This document shows, in pieces, positions 26,435 to 32,000 of a DNA stretch of 32,000 nt (positions are counted from its first letter, which is position 1; each line of letters starts with the position of its first letter). The stretch lies in NCBI RefSeq assembly GCF_001458695.1, contig NZ_LN885086.1:2520001-2552000 (forward strand). The letters are read 5' to 3'. The notes below the pieces were generated by a model, which saw only the letters and a list, made by a program, of their open reading frames with translations, had not been told where the DNA came from and ran no database searches. The DNA is from Candidatus Nitrospira inopinata. Its GTDB lineage: Bacteria > Nitrospirota > Nitrospiria > Nitrospirales > Nitrospiraceae. The position numbers were made by a program, and so were the translations under genes.

Positions 26435-26970
26435 CACGTTCTTTCCGGAGACGATCGTTCTTGGACGACAGGACCATAAATAATATCCCCGGCTCCATCA
26501 ACTCTCCGTTACATCATGGTTTGGACCATGACGCGCCATGATCTCCGTTCGTATTTTCCCCGCAGGTGCGCAGGGGCGGTTCTTTGAGTCGGCGCGCCCT
26601 TTTCTCACCAAGAAGGTTCCGTGCCATACGTGAATGAGGAGTCCGCTGTCGGGGATCAACGCGCCCGACACGACACTCTGATCCACGAGGCGGTTGTTTG
26701 CCTTTCTCCGTGAAATTCTTTCGTTTTTCCCTCCCTATCGGTCAAGCGAATAAGGCCGCTCATCCTGGCAATCCCGCGGTGTAATCGACGGAAAACAGGG
26801 GATTGATAGACAACCGGCGATATCCTGATAGACTCAACGATGAATGAGTGTTCACGGCTTGGATAGCCAGGCGTTTTAGGGCGCCTTGTGGATTCGACAG
26901 TCAACCGTGCGCGGGATCCGCTGAAGAAAATAAAGACCGGTGGCATCACCTTAATCCCGGAGATCATGCC

Positions 26971-27219
26971 ATGCGTCCAACCACCCTGGTCCTCCTCCCT
27001 CTTTTGCTCAGTCTAGGATGCGCGACGCAGGAAGGATCCAAGGGATCCGGCATCAGTTCACAAACCGACCTGCCTTCCAAATCCTGCTCATCTCAGCGCT
27101 ATCCCGTTAAGAGTTCCGGCGAATCGTCGCAACCCTGCCGGCCCCAACGCGCCTGGTTGGAACGGCTTGGAACCGCGCTTGATGGGGCCGCCGCTGCCGT
27201 GCGGGCTCCCAATCAGTAA
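26971..27219 (+). CDS. Putative small lipoprotein (82 aa)
   Basis: GGAG lies 8 nt upstream of ATG 26971. The signal and lipobox read MRPTTLVLLPLLLSLGC. The mature part is Ser/Pro-rich and low-complexity. No family is recognised. Confidence 0.4.
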   Translation: MRPTTLVLLPLLLSLGCATQEGSKGSGISSQTDLPSKSCSSQRYPVKSSGESSQPCRPQRAWLERLGTALDGAAAAVRAPNQ

Positions 27220-27400
27220 CCCCTTCGCCGTTTCGTTCTTCTTCTCCGCGTTCCACTTCAAAGTCTTTGCCGATCCTGTATCGCGGCAGCTTGACAAGGA
27301 TCGTCCGTAGCGGATCATGATTTTTTACACCGGCCATCGAATGGACACACGTTGACAGCCAATCCCGATGCCCCCATGATACGGCGAGCGCGTTGTACGG

Positions 27401-28153
27401 ATGCGCGAAAATTTTATGGCTCAGCCGCTCACGACGTCCTCTAAAGGCAAGGTCGCGCTCGCCCTTATGATCGCCCTCGCGATCGGCACGTTGTATTATC
27501 TTGACGTAGGTCGCTACCTTTCCTTGGAATCCCTCAAGGAAAACCGTGATCGTCTGCTGGCCTTTACAGAAGAGCGGTACACGGTTTCGGTCGCCCTGTT
27601 TATCCTGATCTATGTGGTAGTGGCGGGTCTCGCCCTTCCCGGCGCCGTGATCCTGACCTTAGCCGGTGGATTTCTCTTCGGCAGCCTGTGGGGAACCCTA
27701 TTCGTGAACATCGGCGCCACAACGGGCGCGACATTGGCGTTTCTGGCCTCGCGGTACCTGTTGCAGGATTGGGTGGAACAGAGGTTCGGCGCATGGCTGG
27801 GGTCGCTCCAGGCGGGCGTTGTTCGGAACGCCTTCAATTATCTGTTGACGTTGCGTTTGATTCCCATCGTTCCGTTTTTTGCACTCAACCTTGTATCGGG
27901 GCTGACTCGCATGAGCTTGAGAACCTACGTGTCGGCCACGGCGCTGGGGATCATTCCCGGCTCGTTTGTCTATGCCTACGCGGGGCGGCAACTTGGTTCG
28001 ATCAATTCCCTCAAGGAGATCGCTTCTCCGCAAGTCATCAGTGCGTTCATCTTGCTGGGACTGCTTGCGTTGACGCCGGTCGCTTATAAGAGGTGGTCTG
28101 CGAAAAGGACCGGACCACGACAGTCGGCGGAGGAATACCATGGGCCTCAATGA
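27401..28153 (+). CDS. TVP38/TMEM64 (DedA-related, SNARE-associated domain) membrane protein
   Basis: The pattern ..LESLKENRDRLLAF......V.ALFILIYVVVAGLALPGAVILTLAGGFLFG...GTL.V.IGATTGATLAFLASRYL.. is typical of this family. The start is ATG 27401 or 27416. Confidence 0.85.
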   Translation: MRENFMAQPLTTSSKGKVALALMIALAIGTLYYLDVGRYLSLESLKENRDRLLAFTEERYTVSVALFILIYVVVAGLALPGAVILTLAGGFLFGSLWGTLFVNIGATTGATLAFLASRYLLQDWVEQRFGAWLGSLQAGVVRNAFNYLLTLRLIPIVPFFALNLVSGLTRMSLRTYVSATALGIIPGSFVYAYAGRQLGSINSLKEIASPQVISAFILLGLLALTPVAYKRWSAKRTGPRQSAEEYHGPQ

Positions 28154-29696
28154 GGGGGGGATCGTCCTGCCGGACGACGAACACGATCGGCAACTCGTCG
28201 CCAATGTTCGCCCATCCGATTGGATCAATCCGCAGCCGGAGGGTCGCTACAACATCGCGGTGCTTGGCGCGGGGACGGCCGGTTTGATTACCGCGATTGT
28301 CGCCGCGAGCCTTGGCGCCAAGGTCGCCTTGATCGAAAAGCGGGCCATGGGCGGCGACTGCCTGAACGTCGGATGTGTGCCGTCAAAGGGGCTCCTGCGG
28401 ACCACCAGGGCCTGGGCGGATCTCCACCGCGCCAAAGACTTCGGTATCCATGTTCCGCCGGGGGCGACGTTCGATTTTGGGGCCGCGATGGCGCGCATGA
28501 GAACGCTGCGCGCGCGCATCAGCCGCAACGACTCGGTGCACCGTTACACGAAGCTCGGCGTGGACGTGTATCTCGGTGCCGGTCGTTTTTCGAACGGTGA
28601 CTCGCTGCGAGTAGAAGGACCGGCCGGTGATCGGACAATTCGTTTTGTCAAGGCCGCGATCTGTACCGGAGCCCGTCCCTCTATCCCACCGATTCCAGGG
28701 TTACTGGAAGCCAGCTATCTGACGAATGAAACGGTGTTCTCGCTGACGGAGCTGCCCAGACGATTGGGGATCATCGGCGCCGGGCCGATCGGGTGCGAGT
28801 TGGCCCAGGCTTTTGCCCGGTTCGGCAGTCACGTGTATTTGATTGAGGCGCTTCACGGGGTTCTTCCGCGAGAAGATCGCGACGCGGCGGAGATTCTTCA
28901 TCGTCAGTTGATGCGCGACGGTGTGCAGATCCTCTGTTGCGGCAAGGACATGGCCGTGGAGAAAACGGGCGCGGGCAAGCGGCTGGTGCTCACCTCGCAC
29001 GGCCGGCAGCACTACATAACGGTCGATGACATTCTGGTCGGGACGGGGCGGACACCGAACGTGGAAGGGTTAGGATTGAGCAACGCCGGTATCGACTACA
29101 GCCCTGCAGGAATCACTGTCAATCGGCGACTCCAAACCTCCAACCCCTCGATTTTTGCGGCCGGCGATGTCTGTTCCCGCTATCAGTTTACCCATGCCGC
29201 CGACGCCATGGCACAGATCGTGATCCAGAACGCCCTGTTTCCCCATCCGTTTGGATTGGGCTATGCCGACGTCGATTCATTGATCATGCCCTGGTGCACG
29301 TTTACTGACCCTGAAATCGCCCACGTTGGACTCTCTGAACAGGAAGCGAAAGCCAAGGGGCTTGAAGTCGAGACCTATACCTACAAACTCGACGAAGTCG
29401 ATCGGGCGATTCTTGACGGGGAAGAGGAAGGGTTCGCCAGGATCCATATCCAGAAGGGGACAGATCGGATTGTCGGGGCGACTATCGTGGCGGCCCACGC
29501 GGGCGAGATGATCAATGAGTTCTCTGTCTTGATGAAGACCGGTCGCGGCGCAAAGGTCATTGCCGGCACCATTCATCCCTATCCGACCCAGGCCGAGGTC
29601 AACAAGAAGGTCGTCAACCTCTGGCGCAAAGCTCATTTCTCCGAGGGAACGAAAGGGCTCCTCGTCAAACTGTTTGCATGGCTCAGGAAAAAATGA
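28140..29696 (+). CDS. Class I FAD-dependent pyridine nucleotide-disulfide oxidoreductase (mercuric reductase / dihydrolipoamide dehydrogenase-like)
   Basis: The FAD fold motif is VLGAGTAGLITAIVAASLGAKVALIE, the redox disulfide is GGDCLNVGCVPSK, the NAD fold is IIGAGPIGCELAQ, and the C-terminal interface motif is HPYPTQAE. The start overlaps the TVP38 gene by 14 nt. Confidence 0.9.
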   Translation: MGLNEGGIVLPDDEHDRQLVANVRPSDWINPQPEGRYNIAVLGAGTAGLITAIVAASLGAKVALIEKRAMGGDCLNVGCVPSKGLLRTTRAWADLHRAKDFGIHVPPGATFDFGAAMARMRTLRARISRNDSVHRYTKLGVDVYLGAGRFSNGDSLRVEGPAGDRTIRFVKAAICTGARPSIPPIPGLLEASYLTNETVFSLTELPRRLGIIGAGPIGCELAQAFARFGSHVYLIEALHGVLPREDRDAAEILHRQLMRDGVQILCCGKDMAVEKTGAGKRLVLTSHGRQHYITVDDILVGTGRTPNVEGLGLSNAGIDYSPAGITVNRRLQTSNPSIFAAGDVCSRYQFTHAADAMAQIVIQNALFPHPFGLGYADVDSLIMPWCTFTDPEIAHVGLSEQEAKAKGLEVETYTYKLDEVDRAILDGEEEGFARIHIQKGTDRIVGATIVAAHAGEMINEFSVLMKTGRGAKVIAGTIHPYPTQAEVNKKVVNLWRKAHFSEGTKGLLVKLFAWLRKK

Positions 29697-29715
29697 TGGG
29701 AAAGAGCCCTTCACG

Positions 29716-30453
29716 ATGAAGCAGCGGTTGATCGCCTGTCTCCTCGTCTGGCTCACGATATGGGTGGCATCGCCAGGAGCGGCTGATGAACAGACCATCG
29801 AGGTAGCTCGATTCTCCGCGCAGCAACCGGGGTCCGGCTTGCCCGAAGGATGGAAACCGCTGACGTTCAAGAAAATTCCCAAACCGACTGTCTATGAATT
29901 GGTCAGGGATGGTGAACGGGTCGTGGTGAAGGCCGTGAGCGAGTCATCCGCCTCCGGCTTGATGAAAGAAGTGAAAATCAATCCCAAGGAATTTCCGATC
30001 GTCCGATGGAGTTGGAAGGTCGAAAACCTGATCCAAAAGAGCGACGTCACGAGAAAAGAAGGAGACGATTATCCGGCAAGGCTTTACATCACGTTCGAGT
30101 ACGATCCAGGCAAGGTGAGCGTCGTAAAGAAGCTCAAATTCATGGCGGGCCGGGCGCTGTTCGGCGACATTCCGATCGCGGCGATCAATTACATCTGGGA
30201 GACAAAAACCCAGGTCGGCACAGTCCTCGCCAATGCCTATACGGATTTCGTGAAGATGATCGTCGTGCAAAGCGGTCCCCAGAACGTCGGGCAATGGATC
30301 GAAGAGTCGCGCAATCTCTACGAAGACTATAAAAACGCCTTCGGGGAAGAGCCGCCGATGATCAACGGGGTGGCCATCATGTCGGACACGGACAATACCG
30401 GAGAACGGGCAACGGCCTATTATGGAGACATCACGTTCGCCAAGCAGCCGTAA
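29716..30453 (+). CDS. DUF3047-family secreted protein
   Basis: I place the start at ATG 29716 (MKQRLIACLLVWLTIWVASPGAA signal). The motifs ..SESSASGLMKEV.I....FPIVRWSWKVEN......DV..KEGDDYPARLYITF and AINYIWE.......N.YT....MIVVQSG....G.W.EE.RN...DY..AFGEEPP.I.GVAIM.DTDNTGE.A.AYYGDI.F match my memory of DUF3047. The track extension to 29560 overlaps the preceding gene. Confidence 0.7.
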   Translation: MKQRLIACLLVWLTIWVASPGAADEQTIEVARFSAQQPGSGLPEGWKPLTFKKIPKPTVYELVRDGERVVVKAVSESSASGLMKEVKINPKEFPIVRWSWKVENLIQKSDVTRKEGDDYPARLYITFEYDPGKVSVVKKLKFMAGRALFGDIPIAAINYIWETKTQVGTVLANAYTDFVKMIVVQSGPQNVGQWIEESRNLYEDYKNAFGEEPPMINGVAIMSDTDNTGERATAYYGDITFAKQP

Positions 30454-30769
30454 CGAGAAGGGCGAAACGGCGTGCCGGTCAACAACAGATCGTCCAAATT
30501 CCCTTCGTGAGAAAATAGAACGTACAACATGGTCCCATACAGCCGACCGGTTGATTTTCAAGGGCATCGGCTTGGCTTTCGGCATAGTTTCTTGAGTGAC
30601 CGTGACACAGTTCAATCTGTTGGTCCTCCGTCCAGTGCTTCATAGCAACGAGAAAAAGCGGTAACTCGTTTACCTCCGGTCGATTCCTTCGTCAAAGGAC
30701 CAGCGGCAGGGGTATGTCCAGAGGAGGATGGACTCGATACACACATCGTGCCTTGCCGCGAAATCCAAC

Positions 30770-30796
30770 CGACGAGATCCCATCGTCGGGATCTCG
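30770..30796 (+). promoter_or_regulatory. Palindrome / alternative small hairpins about 20 nt upstream of the cupredoxin gene RBS
   Basis: CGAGATCCC (30773-30781) pairs with GGGATCTCG (30788-30796), giving 9 bp and a 6-nt loop. An overlapping alternative pairs CGACGA (30770-30775) with TCGTCG (30783-30788). It could be an operator or a 5' UTR structure. Function is unknown. Confidence 0.3.
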
Positions 30797-30815
30797 CTAT
30801 CACAAGGAGGGATGC

Positions 30816-32000
30816 ATGATCAGAGGGAGTCGAAGAATTCGATTGGTCGGGCGTGTATGGCTGGCTGGATTTCTAGTAAGTTTCGCGGGCTCGTCTTTCA
30901 TCGGCGGGAGCGCATTGGCTGCCGACCCGCGGGTGGTGTTCGAATTGACGGATGAGCCGGGCGCATGGTTCAGAAACGCGGCGGGACCGGTCGCGGGATT
31001 TCAGGCCTTGGCGGTGGTGACGCCGGGAACCGAAGTGCGGTTTACGGGCAAGTCCAATACCGTTCATACTCGAACCAGCCTTCTTTTTCCGACCAGGGCC
31101 GTCAACATGCCCTTTGATACGCCGCACCGCAAAGGCTCCGATGACGTGATGCTCCATACTCCCGGCCTTTACGTCTTCACGTGCAAAATTCACCCCTACA
31201 TGTTCGGAGCGGTGATTGTAGATGATCCCGCGACGCCAGGGCTTGACCTCGGCGAATCCATCACCTTGCTGAACGGTGTCACCGTTCCAACCGGCAGCGA
31301 CCTTGCCACCCGTCTGCTGCGCACCTTTTTCATTGCAACCCATCCGTCGAACTGGTTGGATCACACCTCGCCGGCGCCCTGGCACATCACCTATCCCAAT
31401 GTGGATGTTCGTCTCACAGGAGGCGTCGTCGTGAATCTGGACAGAGTTCTGAGCGCCCGTTACGGCAACGATCTCCCCAAAGCTCCGCTCATGAATCCGG
31501 CCACCCCGGCTGTGGGAGAAATCTGGGTTGACACACAGTTTGAAAAAACCAGAGGCAAGACCAAGCCGGGAACGGCAACCGCCGTCAGCGGCCAAACCTG
31601 GAAACCGACCCGAAAGGTCGCCCTTCCCAGCATCAACATGAACAATCCGCACAATCTCTGGACGGATAAAAATCAAACCGTGATTTATCAAACGCAGTGG
31701 TTCGACAGTAAGCTTACGGTGTTCAACCGAACGACCGGCCAGTTTTTGAACAATATCTCCGTCGGCGAGTCGCCGGCCCACGTGATGACCAGAGTCGATA
31801 CGGATCAGGTCCACGTCACGGTGAACGGGGCACCGAATCACGACTCGGTCGTGGAACTCGCTCCCATGGCCATAGGCATTCAGCGACGAATCAACGTCGG
31901 TCGCGGTTACCCACACGCCCATTGGATGAGCCACGACGGCAAGAAAATGGTGACGCCGAACGTCTTTTCGTCCGACGCCACCCAGTACAATTTCTCGAAC
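30816..32000 (+). CDS. Signal-peptide type-1 copper (cupredoxin) domain protein fused to a beta-propeller-like (YVTN-like) region; 3' end lies outside the window
   Basis: This CDS is not in the supplied ORF track. I translated the frame by hand from ATG 30816 to 32000 and found 395 codons with no stop. AAGGAGG at 30803-30809 lies 6 nt upstream. The N-terminus is MIRGSRRIRLVGRVWLAGFLVSFAGSSFIGGSALAADP. Copper ligands in cupredoxin spacing are ..NTVHT.. and ..FTCKIHPYMFG (C-x2-H-x2-M, amicyanin-like). Downstream segments such as NISVGESPAHVM..VHVTVNG resemble YVTN propeller repeats. Confidence 0.85.
   Translation, partial: MIRGSRRIRLVGRVWLAGFLVSFAGSSFIGGSALAADPRVVFELTDEPGAWFRNAAGPVAGFQALAVVTPGTEVRFTGKSNTVHTRTSLLFPTRAVNMPFDTPHRKGSDDVMLHTPGLYVFTCKIHPYMFGAVIVDDPATPGLDLGESITLLNGVTVPTGSDLATRLLRTFFIATHPSNWLDHTSPAPWHITYPNVDVRLTGGVVVNLDRVLSARYGNDLPKAPLMNPATPAVGEIWVDTQFEKTRGKTKPGTATAVSGQTWKPTRKVALPSINMNNPHNLWTDKNQTVIYQTQWFDSKLTVFNRTTGQFLNNISVGESPAHVMTRVDTDQVHVTVNGAPNHDSVVELAPMAIGIQRRINVGRGYPHAHWMSHDGKKMVTPNVFSSDATQYNFSN

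Noticed and set aside
26878-27240. A possible tmRNA (ssrA): GGGCGCC-TTGT-GGATTCGAC-AG at about 26878-26899 resembles the tmRNA 5' end (compare B. subtilis GGGGACG-UUAC-GGAUUCGAC-AGG)
   Set aside because: No T-arm (GGTTCGA-like) or matching 3' acceptor strand ending in CCA-proximal GGCG(T/C)CC occurs in the next 300-450 nt or just upstream (the permuted form). No Ala-rich tag ending in LAA-stop is evident. A 9-mer match alone is expected by chance about once in four windows of this size. An Infernal/ARAGORN scan would settle it.
27291-27381. Two TTGACA hexamers (about 27291-27296 and 27352-27357), each followed some 17-19 nt later by CATGAT, as candidate sigma-70 promoters for the TVP38 operon
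   Set aside because: The -10 candidates match TATAAT at only 4 of 6 positions, and their spacing is ambiguous. By-eye promoter calls in GC-rich genomes are unreliable, so I did not list them as features.
30873-31934. A 353-aa minus-strand ORF listed in the track
   Set aside because: This is an antisense shadow of the + strand cupredoxin gene. Its translation is Arg/Gly/His-rich with no motifs and no RBS. The + frame has an SD, a signal peptide and copper ligands.

Overview
GC-rich chromosomal window from a diderm bacterium; the lineage cannot be fixed without a database search. The centrepiece is a complete type I-C CRISPR-Cas locus on the + strand: cas3-cas5c-cas8c-cas7c-cas4-cas1-cas2 (2651-10489), a 178-bp leader, and an array of 31 identical 37-nt repeats with 30 spacers (10668-12863). 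A vapBC toxin-antitoxin pair and about 570 bp of gene-free DNA lie just upstream. The most interesting points all sit in or next to the array. (1) The array ends with an intact I-C repeat. One spacer-length later comes a single repeat of a different family (type I-E-like, 12901-12929). (2) Two spacer pairs record the invader: spacers 5 and 8 hit the same site in two diverged homologues, and spacers 13 and 26 overlap by 15 nt, giving 55 nt of contiguous target. (3) cas8c carries a strong internal SD plus ATG that fits a separately translated Cas11c small subunit. (4) The AT-richer, gene-free trailer (12930-13602) holds three perfect DnaA boxes. The rest is ordinary chromosome: hrpB helicase, O-methyltransferase, Sel1 lipoprotein, GNAT, ComEA-like protein, YihY/BrkB, the ydbH-ynbE-ydbL envelope operon, and a TVP38 / disulfide oxidoreductase / DUF3047 cluster. 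One CDS is missing from the supplied ORF track: a signal-peptide cupredoxin fused to a beta-propeller-like region, open from 30816 to the window end. The track lists only its antisense shadow ORF. All family calls come from motif recognition by eye; no searches or computations were run.
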